A stretch of 62,924 nt of DNA, filler included, from Intoshia linei (taxonomy: Eukaryota > Animalia > Orthonectida): the NCBI GenBank assembly GCA_001642005.1. It is 8 parts of 8 records of this genome, joined end to end, with 100 filler letters (N's around TTAATTAATTAA, not from the genome) between each part and the next. Parts side by side here need not be neighbours in the genome. Positions count along the whole stretch, not along the records: positions 28,980 to 42,523 come from LWCA01001065.1; positions 42,624 to 49,407 come from LWCA01001637.1; positions 49,508 to 54,579 come from LWCA01001831.1; 5 more parts are not named here. One strand, 5' to 3'. A model generated the notes under the pieces. The model saw nothing but the letters and a program-made list of their open reading frames with translations, was not told the origin of the DNA and made no database searches. How positions within the stretch are numbered: the first letter of the stretch is position 1; each line of letters starts with the position of its first letter. Made by a program: the position numbers and the translations under genes. Shown here in pieces: positions 38,667-51,723 of the stretch.

Positions 38667-41600
38667 TAGGGTGTCACATCGTTTTTAAATTTTGATATTT
38701 TTAAAGACGTACCATGTGGACTAGATGTATTTTTAAATGCAAACCAAGATGTAAAAGACCATTTTTGAAAAAAGTAAGTAACGACGTTGCGGTGATCAAT
38801 TAAGTAATTAGATAAAATATTTGTAAATTTAAGTTTATTTTTGTATATTTCTAATAAAATTATCAAAATTTATTCAAAACTGACACTATATTTTGGATTT
38901 CTACTTCGTTTTTGGACAAATTTGAGGCTTGTTTGTATTTTGGTAAAGCTCTTTCGGCTGCATCATTCACAATTGGAGCAATACCAATATTTATTAAATT
39001 TTTATTTATATAATAATGGTGACTATTATACTTTTCTTTAGCTGCTCGAACTATACCTTTGAGATGAATTGATTCAGTAGCCATCATTTCTCAAACTTAC
39101 AACATTTTTTTGTCATTTTTAGAAGCAACCTTGGGATCTCCACAGTTTAACCAATATATTATGTAATCATAATATATAAATACTATAAATGACTTCATAT
39201 AGTGGTATAGGATAATAGGTATATCGTATAGTGGGTTCATCAGAATAACCAAAACTGAATTTAAAAACATTTCCTAATACAATTTCCATGATATGGTGCC
39301 TACAAGGCAGTTCTATCAGATCTTAGGAAAAATAACTCTTTATAAATTTGACAGATCCATCATATTTACCAGTGTATTTCTTTCCACTTTATCAAACTTT
39401 TTGATATCATAATAAACAACTACATTATTCATTTCTTGTACTTTTTTATATAACAATTTTTTATCGTTATTTCTCTGATTATTTAGTCTTCGGCGCATGG
39501 TTTCATGCGATACACCCATTAAAGAAGCAGAACCTCGTAACGAGATATTTTGTTTATCACACTGTCTCAGTTTTTCTGATAAATCATTATTACTTTCATT
39601 CGAATTCTTTGAATCATCACTAAATGAATATATGTAATAATTTTTTGAGTAATTTTGAGTTTGGTTTTNCGATTTGTTTATACCAAGAATGTATGATTTT
39701 AAACAATAAATAATTTTTGCCATCAATCTAGCCTGAGATGCTACACTAGGTTTTAGTAATTTTATTGGAGTACCATTAAAAATGCTTGACAAGAGTTTGC
39801 AGCATTCACTAATTTATAATTATATATTATATAATAAGTAAATTATACCGATAATCATTCCTAACAAAAAGGCTTTTTTTCCTTAAAATTTTATTTATAT
39901 CATTTACATTGTTACTGTAAGTATGATAAATTGTAAGCGTATGTTGAGAATTATAAAATACAGAGTTATTTTTGTATGTTTTAGTCATTTCTTTAATAAA
40001 ATCAACTCCAAGTATAGTGGGTTTATCAGAATAATCAAAACTGAATTTAAAAACATTTCCTAATACAATTTCAATGATATGGTGCCTACAAGGCAGTTCT
40101 ATCAGATCTTGGGGAAAATAACTCTTTATAAATTTGACAGATCCATCATATTTACCAGTGTATTTCTTTCCACTTTATCAAACTTTTTGATATCATAATA
40201 AACAACTACATTATTCATTTCTTGTACTTTTTTATATAACAATTTTTTATCGTTATTTCTCTGATTATTTAGTCTTCGGCGCATGGTTTCATGCGATACA
40301 CCCATTAAAGAAGCAGAACCTCGTAACGAGATATTTTGTTTATCACACTGTCTCAGTTTTTCTGATAAATCATTATTACTTTCATTCGAATTCTTTGAAT
40401 CATCACTAAATGAATATATGTAATAATTTTTTGAGTAATTTTGAGTTTGGTTTTCAGTTTTCTGTAACTTTTTAAAAGTTGATGGTTTTATTCTATTTTG
40501 ACAATAACTATAAGGATTTTCAATATTTGAAGGACCTGCCATGTTACCAATATCATTTTTTGAGCTTCTAAAAACTCAATATCCTCTATTAGACTATTAG
40601 ATTGATCAATTTTAGTACAATCGAAAATAGTATTCAATTTATTTGAGAATAATTTAGNATTTATAATTATATATTATATAATAAGTAAATTATACCGATA
40701 ATCATTCCTAACAAAAAGGCTTTTTTTCCTTAAAATTTTATTTATATCATTTACATTGTTACTGTAAGTATGATAAATTGTAAGCGTATGTTGAGAATTA
40801 TAAAATACAGAGTTATTTTTGTATGTTTTAGTCATTTCTTTAATAAAATCAACTCCAAGTATAGTGGGTTTATCAGAATAATCAAAACTGAATTTAAAAA
40901 CATTTCCTAATACAATTTCAATGATATGGTGCCTACAAGGCAGTTCTATCAGATCTTGGGGAAAATAACTCTTTATAAATTTGACAGATCCATTATATTT
41001 ACCAGTGTTATTGGCAGTTGTGTCAAAGCAAATACCTATTACTTTACTTTGAATGTTCCATTCTTTTACTAAGTTTATAACGGTATTACTAGTTGTTATA
41101 TTTCTAGAGTCATCTTGTTGAGGGACTCCCAATATCACCTCATATTTGTCAATTACATCAATTATCACAACAGCTATTCTTTCTACTTTATCAAACTTTT
41201 TGCTATCATAATAAACAACTACATTATTCATTTTTTGTACTTTTTTATATAACAATTTTTTATCGTTATTTCTCTGATTATTCAGTCTTCGGCGCATGGT
41301 TTCATGCGATACGCCCATTAAACAAGCAGATATTTCGTTTATCACACTGTCTCAGTTATTCTGATAAATCCTTATTACTTTTATTCGAATTCTTTGAATA
41401 CTCACTAAATGAATATATGCAATAATTTTTTGAGTAATTTTGAGTTTGGTTTTCAGTTTTCTGTAACTTTTTAGAAGTTGATGATTTTATTCTATTTTGA
41501 CAATAACTATAAAGATTTTTAATAGTTGAAGGACCTGCCATGTTACCAATATCATTCCTTTGAGCTTTTAAAAACTAAATATTGTTTATTAGACTGATCA

Positions 41601-42523
41601 ATTTTAGTACAATCGAAAATAGTATTCAATTTATTTGGGAATAATTTAGCTCGCATTGTTTGGGGTCTTCTAGGCACCTAACTATTATATAAATAACAAA
41701 TAATGTTATAAAATAAATTATATTTTTACAATTCTATATTCGTCATAAAATTTATTCAATTTTCTGTAAATTGCTAATTCAGTAATAATATTCAAATCAG
41801 ACTTTTTGTATATAGCCAGTATTTCTTTGGAATTATCATTTAACACATATATTTGCTTATTTCTCTTTAAGTTTAATATTCTTTTTAGAATTTCTGTATA
41901 TGTTAGAAATTTTGATGTATTAAATTTGAAATCAATAAAAGGACCACAAAATATGTCTCCTTTTCTATTAGACATGTTTTGGTTTATTATTTTGTGATAT
42001 TAAAATTATAAATTAAATAACGGAATGAAACAATCAACAAAAATGTATAAATAATTATGAATTGAAAATATTAAATTTCATTCAGCAAGATTAATTTTAA
42101 TTAACAAAGATTAAATATTAATATTCAGTAATGAAATAGAACAATATCAAAGGAAAATTGTCCGCTTCACTGAACATAAAATTGAATTGCTCATTGTTGA
42201 GTCAACAAAAATCTAATTTCTTTATCAATTTTGATTATAAATCTTTTGATAAAGATTAAATTTCATAGATTTAAAAATGGCCGTTAAGATAAAACATTAA
42301 TTTAATTTTAATTATTTATTGTTTAAAATCATACATTCTTGGTATAAACAAATCGAAAAATATAAAGTCATTTATAGTATTTATATATTATGGTTACATA
42401 ATATATTGGTTAAATTGTGGAGATCCCAAGGTTGCTTCTAAAAATAACAAAGAAATGTTTCAATTTTGGGAAATAATGGCTACTCAATCAATTCATCTCA
42501 AAGGTATAGTTCGAGTAGCTAAA
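38667..42523 (-). mobile_element. hAT-superfamily (probably hATm-type) transposon: 3' TIR plus rearranged, partly duplicated transposase pseudogene copies
   Basis: TIR TAGGGTGTCACAT at 38667; ICFDTTANNTG, LPCRHHIIEIVL (CxxH), VNDAAERA; repeated blocks 39190-39668, 39810-40640, 40660-41640; inverted C-terminal copy at 42390-42523. Confidence 0.8.
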
Positions 42524-43165
42524 NNNNNNNNNNNNNNNNNNNNNNNNNNNNNNNNNNNNNNNNNNNNTTAATTAATTAANNNNNNNNNNNNNNNNNNNNN
42601 NNNNNNNNNNNNNNNNNNNNNNNTGATTCCCAAACTTGTTTCAGGTGGAACCGTCATATCACATTACTTTTTACTTTGAAGTGAATTATTCCATCTTAAT
42701 TTTGTTTTGTTAACATTTGTGTAAAGAATTTTAAAAACAATTGTCATCCCATTTAAATAATTACAATTATTAATTTATTAGACAGAATGTGTGTATAATA
42801 TTAAAAATAAAGAAAAAACAGTCCAATCCTAAAAATTTTCATAAATAGCATAAATTCCTATTTTGTCATTTTCAGTTTCAATTTAAATACTTAAAAATAC
42901 CAATTATGTATCAATAATTAACGGAATCAGCACTTTATAAACATATTTTAGGTGAATTTTACCAATATTGCAGAGGATTGTAATAAATAAAAAAGTGATT
43001 TTAACAAAGTTGTATTACTTTTAGTAATCGTTGTTGTAGTTTTAATTTAAATTTGAAACAAAATATTTTGGAAATAAAAATTTGAGATTTAAAAATTGCG
43101 TAGCAATGAAAAAAATTTCGAAGGAATGAATTATATAGATTTTCACACATATTTCTTTATGGGAA

Positions 43166-43509
43166 GTATTTTATTTGTCAGTATTTAATTACCGAAACTG
43201 TCAGTATTTTAATAAAAAATTTTCCGCAATAAAAAGTAATAAAGTATTTTCAACAAAAATTGTCAGTATCAATATTAAAATGTCAGTAATAAAATTAGTT
43301 TGTCAGTATTCAATTACATATTTGTCAGTATGTAGTGTATAGTTAAGGATATACTAACATTATATTTAAAGTACTGACAAAATAATTTTTTTACTGCCTT
43401 TCCAATTTAAATACTGACAATAAATTATTTATACTGACATCTAAAATACTGACAATTTAATATTTTTACTACAAAACTATTTAAAATACTGACGCTATAA
43501 ATACAAGCC
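43166..43509. mobile_element. Foldback element with TGTCAGTA arrays in inverted orientation (MULE-like family, copy 1)
   Basis: Six TGTCAGTA in the left half and about five TACTGAC(A) in the right half; the right end is the exact reverse complement of 59241-59276. Confidence 0.75.
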
Positions 43510-44399
43510 TTTTAGTTACAAGTTGTAGTTTACATTTTTTGTTAAATTTGAAACAAAACCTTTTTAAAATGAAAATTTGAAATTTAAAAATTGCGTAGCA
43601 ATGAAAAAAATTTCGAAGGAATGAATTATGTAGATTTTCACACATATATCGGTATTGGAAATGTGTAGACGTAAAATGCACATTTTTTTTGAAATTGTAG
43701 GATCAATATTTACATTTTTAATTTTTATTTTTAATTGATTTATTTGAAAAATATTGGATGAAAATATATTAAAAATAATTTTTCATCGGGAATGCGGATA
43801 TTTCTGGGGTTGAGATTTTTTATTTATATCAACTGGAATAAGCTGTATCAGAACAATCTTATTTTGGAATTAAAATATATGAATACTAAAATGCTTTTTT
43901 GACTGTGAAGCGTCACTTATTCAGATTGAAATTTTTGTGTGTGTGTTAACAGAATACAACTGTACCACCTGTAAATTTTTTTAAATTATAGGGCTGTTTT
44001 TCATAAAAAAAGAGTAATTAAGGGTTTTGGCCCTGAGATGTATTTTTTGTAAATATATAAGCTTAGACAAACAAAGCATATTATAAGTTATGACTACATT
44101 ATCTATTTCTTAATACTTATACTTATGCCGGTAATGAGAGTTTGGTGATATTGAGAAATATTCGAGAAAAAACCCTCACTTGGCAGTGTTATTTTTGATA
44201 ATACTAATTACAGTAACATTTTAAAATACTGGTAGAATTTCAAGTTATGTCAATTGTCATAATTTAGATAATTAGTCAAGTTTCCTTGTGGTTAAAACTT
44301 ACCTGATAAAACATTTTAGAGTTAAAATATATATTTTTAATGCTTACATCTATCAATACTTTTCATATATATTTTGATATATTTTATATTTATTTTTAG

Positions 44400-47300
44400 G
44401 CATCTTATTTTATCAAATTTTGATACCAAAGACGTTCCAACCATTATCCAATTATTGAGGTTATAATACACTTTCTATTGTCTAATGCGTAATATACATT
44501 TATTTCCTGATGATGTTTGGTGAAACTTTTTTTTAAACTGCGTAAGTGCTTTAAAAACTCATTAAAAGGAGAGTCTGCGATAATGCAGACCAGACATTGG
44601 CAAACTTTTTTTCTTAGCATCGCCCTTAATTTTTTCGGTAAAACTTGAAAAAAATATAAATGAAGTCTTACTATGTGAAATTATTTACGAATTACAATAT
44701 GCAGATTTAAATGTATCTATGCTGACATTTCTACTTATATTCGTTCTTCAAATTTGGTTTATTCCAAGTTAAATTTAAGTCAAAATCACATTTGTGCAAA
44801 AAATATTTTCGGCTTGAAATGGTTATATATTAATTCATATATTTGCTTTACATAATTTTTGGTAGATTGTCTGAAATACTAATAAATTATGACGGTAAAC
44901 TATTGGACGAAGAGGACTTTTTGTTAATTTATCATATCACCATTTCATATATAACACATTTTGTTTCTGAACAAATTACATTGGATTCAGTCAAAATTAT
45001 TTACCGTGTTGTTGGCTCGCATTATTACAAATATTGTTCAAAATTTGATAATTTATCTATGATTACCGCCATTTGTAAAGTCTATCGAGATTTAGAGTAA
45101 TTTTTAAAATTATACATACATTTTAGTTTCATTTACCAACCCTCGAGAAAAAAATAAAAATTTTAAAATCCAAACTAAAGTGTGATCAAATTAATTTTCT
45201 TTACATGTTTTATAAATGTGGTTTTTCGGTGCTTTTATTTGAATCAATGTTTTCCTTAAGGGTTGCTAAAAATATTTCTTTCTTAGGTAACTAAAGGTAT
45301 TTTAGGGTTGGATCTTTTCTTATATTCAAAAAACTCACCAATTGTGAATTGAAATTTTCAATTTTCAAAAATTTCCAAATTGATTGCAAACATGATAAAA
45401 TTCATAATAGGAATGCAGTCGAGCTAGAAAAATAGTACGGAACTCTCAGTCAAGGTGTTTTTTTATAAATTTTCATAAGAGAGGGTTTTTGGATGGATTT
45501 ATCAAGGTGTTTTATTCTCTTTATTGTTTATTGGGTGGATTTGCACTTATTAATTAATATTCACCACATAAATATGACCATGTAATTAAATTAGTCATGT
45601 TAATGTATATATTTTTATATTTAGAAACTCAAATATTGATAGGAAACTTTACATCTTCAAATTTTTGTACATTTCAATTAATTTAAAAAATGGTTACACG
45701 AATAATATGAGTGATGATGAAATAGAAGGTATTTAAAATGAAACGTCGAATTACCAGGTCGGCGGTTCGTCCAATTTCGACGCGTTTTAATACATATTCA
45801 ATGCTGTATATTAATTTTAGTTGTGATAATAACGAATACTATGTTTTATGTATTATCGTATGCACCCGTGGAGAACAAGTACTAGGCCCGGGCCAGATGT
45901 AAATTGTATGGCCATATTAACATTTTTTTAAAAAATGAGACCTCTGCTTAATCGATCGTTCATTATCCAAATATTAAAAATAGCTAATTGGATTAACTAA
46001 CTGAACATTTTTTACACGATAATTTTGGTATACTTAAGAAATTTTCTCAAGATTACCTATTAATAAATTTAAAATATAGCCAGTCATGATTGTAGACCCG
46101 GTCATATGGCCTCTATCTACTCTCCGCGGCCTTAGCCTATGGATAAATTTAAAATTTACCAATCCATTCTTAATGTCGTCATTTTTAAATTTTGTAATTC
46201 ACTGTTCATAATTGTATTTACATTAGAACTTAATTACTAGAAAATACTTTTTAGAAAACATCACAATGTTTACCATTCAGTACACAATTGTAATGAAAAT
46301 TTTGACAAAAATTGATATTAAAAATGTTTCGCAAACAATGGACATTGAAGTTGAAGAATTTATTCTTGTATTACAAACATGTCAACAAGTTGCTTATTCT
46401 ATATGGAATTTGATTAGCCATTCAGATTGCATTCAGAGTAATTATTATCACAAATATTTATGCAGTATACGCTCTAAGGCAGGTTTTTTATCCTTTTTTA
46501 TATTTAGCACCTCCGTTAGTCAGATAAATTATTTTTAGCACCCCTGTAAAAAATAAAAAATGATACATTAAAATTAAATGTAAAAAAATGTATTTAATTG
46601 ACATTTTTAAAAACCATCATATTAATATATAACATAATCAATAAATGGTAAAAATTAACACACAAATGTAGATTCTACATTGTAGAAGCTGTATTTGATC
46701 AGATTAATATTCACTTAAAATTTAAAAAATAAAAAATGTTTTTTAAGCATCCCCTGAAATTAATTCTAGCATCGCTAGGATGCTAATACCCGCTTAAAAA
46801 CTCTGCTGTAAGGTGATAAATGGTCATTTATCACGAATTAATATTATCACAGAAATTACCACTTTTCTGAAGAAGCTATATTTGAGAGCATCAACTGTAT
46901 ATAAAATTAAAATTGCATTACTTACAGTTAATGTTGATATTTAGCGAAATTGGAAAATATATGTACGAAAAATTGCAAGCTATTGAAAGAATTATTACAT
47001 TTGAATGATAAAGTTGAAAATATAGATGAACACCACTATACTATGATACAATTATTATATAAAACTCTGAAATCCTTTTTAGGTGTTAAGGTTAATGGGG
47101 TAATTTAAATACCGTATCTTTCTATAACTCGCTTATTCTCGTATTTACCATGCACATCCATTTATTCTTATATTATAGACATCAGCCCTTTTTTTGTATT
47201 TCAGACTAGAATTGTTGTTTTGTGTTTTTTACAAACAGTAACTACAGTAACTCACCGGAGGGAGGACTTTTTAAATTTACTAATCAAAAAAGTAAATATA

Positions 47301-47564
47301 GTCTTACATAAACTCTAAAAATAAAAGATCACTAAACACCATTTAATTTAAATAACTGACTCCCAAACTATTTATTACTTAGCAGTTATCACGGGCGAAT
47401 GAAAACATTCAATATCCAATTTGTAATTTCCACCTCTGATGGCTTATACTATAATTCTTATAGAGATAATATTATATAATTTTTTTTAGATAAATTTAAA
47501 CATTTATGACACTGAAAATTTAATCAATCAAGTTGAAACAATGAATTTAATAAATAACAGTTAA
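44400..47564 (+). CDS. Unknown protein, 5'-partial; exons 44400-44459, 44866-45096, 45625-45728, 46255-46437, 46945-47099, 47490-47564
   Basis: Six open exons joined by phase-compatible GT-AG introns, ending in TAA with AATAAA about 30 bp downstream; no motif recognised. Confidence 0.55.
45865..46135. mobile_element. hAT-like MITE family A, copy 2
   Basis: Colinear with 1030-1300; CCGTGGAGA...TCTCCGCGG inverted ends. Confidence 0.7.
46480..46805. mobile_element. 326-bp hAT MITE
   Basis: CAGGTTTTTTA...TAAAAACTCTG termini; 8-bp TSD CTCTAAGG/CTGTAAGG (7/8). Confidence 0.75.
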
Positions 47565-48038
47565 AAATATTTGTAATTAACCTGTAAATTATAATAAATG
47601 TTAATTTTTGTTATCTGATGCAATGATTCTCGACATGGCTAATGCGTCTTCGAGCGGCCACAAAATTATCAAAAGTTGAAGCAAGTTTTTAAAAATTTTA
47701 TATTTATACTCAATTAATTAAGAATGTTTAAAATAATAATGAGTGGCAATTTAAAAAATTTGTTCATGGATAAAATACAGAAATTGCATTAAACGGCAAA
47801 TCTCGCGTAAAAACGGATAACTACAAATTCACTATCAGTACAATTACGTCCCATGTGATAATACTGTACAATGTAAAGTACTCACATGATTTGGAATCAT
47901 TCTCGCCTTAAATTCTAATCCGAATTTCGACTCTATTCTAAACATTCAATTGTGTCATTTTATAAGATTAAAGATTGCGATTTAAATTTAAAATAAACAT
48001 AAATTTATTTTAAAAATTATTACTATAATATTTTAATC

Positions 48039-48902
48039 ATGTGTCCGGTAATTGATTTGAAAGGGTTTCAAGACAATGAACCTGTCGGAAAAAAAATTAT
48101 TCATCTAGCGATAAATAAAATCAGCCAAAGGTTGGCAGTTTTACGGTAAAATGATCTAATTGAAGTGGAAATGAAATTAATTTGTTTAGGGGAGATTCCA
48201 TTATTGAAGTATATGATATAAGTAAAAATCGATTAGAAATGGTAATTTTTTTTGAATCACGGTACGTAATTGATTTAACTATAGCTGATTTCTGTTAAAT
48301 ATCAATACGTTTAATAATCATATTTATTTTTTTATTATTAAAATACATATAGATACTCCCGAACCCAAAAAATTGTAACATTCATGCAATATCATGGTTT
48401 AACGATAAACTGTATGCTGGAGGATTTGATGGCTATCTGATAGAGTATACAATTGGATTCAACTTTTTCTCTGTATTAAAATTTGTTTAAATTTATTTTG
48501 ATTTATTTTTAGGCAAAAATATTGTTCAAATATGAACCTATTTGGTGTATTGTCACACAGTATTATAAATTAATGGTATTGATATTTTTAAATTGACATG
48601 TATTTTATATTTATTTAGTTTTCTACTGAAAATGGAAAAATCTATATTTTTAATGTGCCTAAAAACGAAGATGAGGATTACGTTTTATGTGATACAATTT
48701 CTTTTATGGGTTTTTATTTTTAATTTTCTTGTTATATTTTATATATAGATAGAATTATACATTTTGATGTGAATGGTGATTATATTGTGGCTAGTGGTGT
48801 GGAGAATATATTTGTGATACAAGGAACAACTATTATAAATAATTTTAGTCTTAAATCGAGGAATAATGATCCTTGCATTGTTTGGTGTTGCAAATTTGTA
48901 GA
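48039..48902 (+). CDS. UTP4: U3 snoRNP/t-UTP WD40 protein UTP4 (cirhin), 3'-partial, about 6 micro-intron-separated exons
   Basis: QRLAVLRGDSIIEVYDI, ISW..DKLYAGGFDGYLIEY, STENGKIYIF, DRIIHFD..GDYIVASG, CIVWCCKF follow the order of the CIRH1A/UTP4 N-terminus. Confidence 0.8.
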
Positions 48903-49029
48903 GTAATATTTTTATTCTTTGACTGATTATAAAAATATAATTAAATTAACAAGTTCCTACTAGGAATCATTGCATCACCATCTTCCTACTTATTGTCAAA
49001 TTTAAAATTATATTTTTTTACAAAAAAAA

Positions 49030-49101
49030 TGCCGAGTCGCGGGATCGAACCACGGACCTGTAGATCTTCAGTCTAACGCTCTCCCACTGAGCTAACCCGG
49101 C
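49030..49101 (-). tRNA. trnF-GAA: tRNA-Phe (GAA)
   Basis: GCCGGGTTAGCTCAGTGGGAGAGCGTTAGACTGAAGATCTACAGGTCCGTGGTTCGATCCCGCGACTCGGCA; 7-bp acceptor stem, A/B boxes, T8 Pol III terminator at 49029-49022. Confidence 0.97.
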
Positions 49102-49507
49102 TAATGGTTATTATTTAATTTTATTCCTTTTATGACGATACCCATGTACATATGGGATAATAAAAATGTTATAAATTAATTAACATTGATTTTTTTAATT
49201 GTATTCATAGTTGAATTATTATCGCCCATTAAATTATGAATAAACAAAAATATTTTGGATGTATTTGGACTAAAGTTCATTTAATATTTAAACTAATTGG
49301 TTACAGCATTAAAGACACAATTACATCATTAGTTACAATTAATATGTGTAGAATTTTGCATTTTAAGTCAAGTTTACAATAACTTTATTATAATAATGTA
49401 CAATCATNNNNNNNNNNNNNNNNNNNNNNNNNNNNNNNNNNNNNNNNNNNNTTAATTAATTAANNNNNNNNNNNNNNNNNNNNNNNNNNNNNNNNNNNNN
49501 NNNNNNN

Positions 49508-49578
49508 AGCTAGGTGGGGTGTATTTTTGAATGCAGATCACGATGTTAAAACAGTTTTTCAAAAAATGTGACACCCTA
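49508..49578. mobile_element. Terminus of another hATm-type copy next to a gap
   Basis: atgtgacacccta (49566-49578) is the perfect reverse complement of the 13-bp TIR at 38667. Confidence 0.55.
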
Positions 49579-50910
49579 CTGTACACTGTACAGTGTACAA
49601 TATATACAGTTGTACACAGTGTAAATAGTTTATGTACGTATTGGCCAATTTTTGGAATTAATTATATATATTTGTCTTATAGTTGATTCCGTATTATAAT
49701 GAAATGTAAATGGTAACAAAATTGTACAAACAAGCCACCTACCTGATAATTTAGCAATATTTGATTTAAGGTTGAATTCAAAATTTTAATATGAAAGATT
49801 TTAGGAATTTTTTTTATATGGAGCAGGGGTCAGTAAAGTAACTCATCAAAATTTAGTAAAAACTTCGAACTATATTTAAATATATTTTGAATTAATGGTA
49901 TTCATTTTTAATAGATCCACGCATCGTGGATGAAAAATTTTTCACTCTATTGATTACATTAGATATGTCACATATTTGTTTTATTTTATAACAAGCTTGC
50001 GTGTTTGTACTTCACATAAAACAGCTGCAAACAAGATTATTAAAATTAAGCCAAAAAATTTAAATTTGATGATAAATTGATAAATTCAATTTTTATTGGA
50101 ATGCGTAATTTATCGTGTCGAAATAACCCGAATAATCTTATTTTTTTAATAAATTCTTGGACCATTAATTATTTTAAATTTTTTATTTTAATAAAATTGT
50201 TATCAAATAAAAAAAATTAACTGGACTAGGTCTAGAATCTATGAATATTTTAAATTTTTTTAAAAAGGGGTAATTGGTGTTTTGATCATGAAAATATACT
50301 TTTTTGATATTGTTTATGATTTAAAAAACTATCCCAGAATGTATATTATACAAAATTTTTACCCTTTTTTTAAAAATAAAATGAGCTCTCGAATTTCCAA
50401 GTCCTTGTGAGAGGTAGTTACTGTTTTTACGAATTACATTCAGTCCGGATCAGTGTTTATTTACCTTTTTTACTTCAATCTGCACCTGCTAAACAAATAA
50501 AAATTTGGGAATACCTTAAATTTTGATAGGAAAAAAAAATTAATTTTCGAAAAGGTGTAAAGATTAAAAACGATAAAAATATAAAATCATAAAAATACAT
50601 AGACTTTTTATTTGGTGAACTTAAATTTAGTAAAGAATATTTGATGTATGATGAAATATTGATATTTTTGGTGTTCACCATATTATTTAATATACAAACA
50701 TTATATTAAATAGTAAATCCCAAAATTGTCATCAAATAATGGTCAATGTAAAAGTTTGACAATAATTTTTCAAAATTTATAAAACACACTCAAATTTCTT
50801 TGCGGCGCACCAGTTAAGAATCATTGGTACAGATAGTAAGAAATTATAATTAATAAAATAACAAATTATAATATAATATAATACAAGTATAATTATATAA
50901 TAAAATTTAG

Positions 50911-51514
50911 ATGAATAGGTCCATGAAAATAGATAATGTTACTAAAGAATTTGAAAAAACGGATGCAATCGTTGATACGATAAAGTATGTAGAAAATTTA
51001 CAAATTAAAAAAGATATAAACGAAGACGATGAAAATGGCTTTTTAACAAAATATAACATTCGTGATAATAAAGACTTGGAAAATGATTTTGGTGTTTATG
51101 ATGATGTTGATTTGGATGAAATTAATCCATATGCAGATAGACTCATCGAATATGATGAAGAAGATAAATTATTTGATAGTAATAGTTTAAAAAGTAGTAG
51201 TAATGTCGTAATTCCAAAAGACGTTAAATTTAATTCTAAATTGTATGAAGGCATAGAATGCCAAAATAATCGAAACAAAGATGATGGCTCTAATAAACCT
51301 TTCAAACATTTGAATAATTCAGAGTCTAAAGATGAAGCTCAATTTGAAAATGAAAAACTGTCCAATAAAAGTTTGAGTCAGCTTGAAATTTTGAACGATG
51401 AATTTAGACACCATGAAGCTTTAATAGATTTCGAAATTCCTAAAGGTAAAGAGAAAAAGGAAAGTGAATCCTCAAAAAATTTCAAGTTTGTAGATGAAAT
51501 TGATTATGATATTG
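50911..51514 (+). CDS. Acidic low-complexity exon of an unknown gene
   Basis: 204-codon D/E/N/K-rich ORF, preceded by tttAG, with a G|GTAATT donor at 51515. Confidence 0.55.
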
Positions 51515-51723
51515 GTAATTACTAATTAATTGATCACTTTTGTTTTTTATTGTACAATATAATCAAGGTATTATAGTCAATCTTGATGTGGGTTACAATG
51601 TAACCGTTACATGTACTTACCAACGTTACACTATTAAATGAAATATATTATATATTCATTTTATTTTTGTAAACGATAATAGAATAGAAAGAACACATCT
51701 AGAATTCTAAAACGACACACAAT

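Noticed and set aside
43166-43509. Regularly spaced TGTCAGTA motifs resembling a CRISPR or iteron array
   Set aside because: The repeat is only 8 bp, spacing is irregular, orientation flips midway, the context is eukaryotic with no cas genes, and the ends match a TSD-flanked copy at 59241.
46480-46813. MITE with AG-containing TSD as a second introner candidate
   Set aside because: Both possible splices (GC at 46479 or GT at 46483 to AG at 46812) hit stops within about 20 codons; the element lies inside an ordinary intron starting at 46438.
47795-47860. TCTCGCG and ACTACAA-like motifs upstream of UTP4
   Set aside because: Only partial matches to known housekeeping promoter motifs; too short to support without TSS data.
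38667-49578. Perfect 13-bp inverted termini that could define an 11-kb element carrying genes and the tRNA
   Set aside because: Flanks ATGGCCAT and CTGTACAC do not form a TSD and two gaps intervene; more likely ends of separate copies.
603-51305. Antisense or shadow ORFs in the track (603-794, 7707-7910, 28176-28382, 30882-31121, 32049-32234, 38841-39041, 41806-41997, 51096-51305) and F/I/K/L-rich ORFs in repeats
   Set aside because: They lie opposite better-supported frames or within AT-rich repeats and have no motifs.
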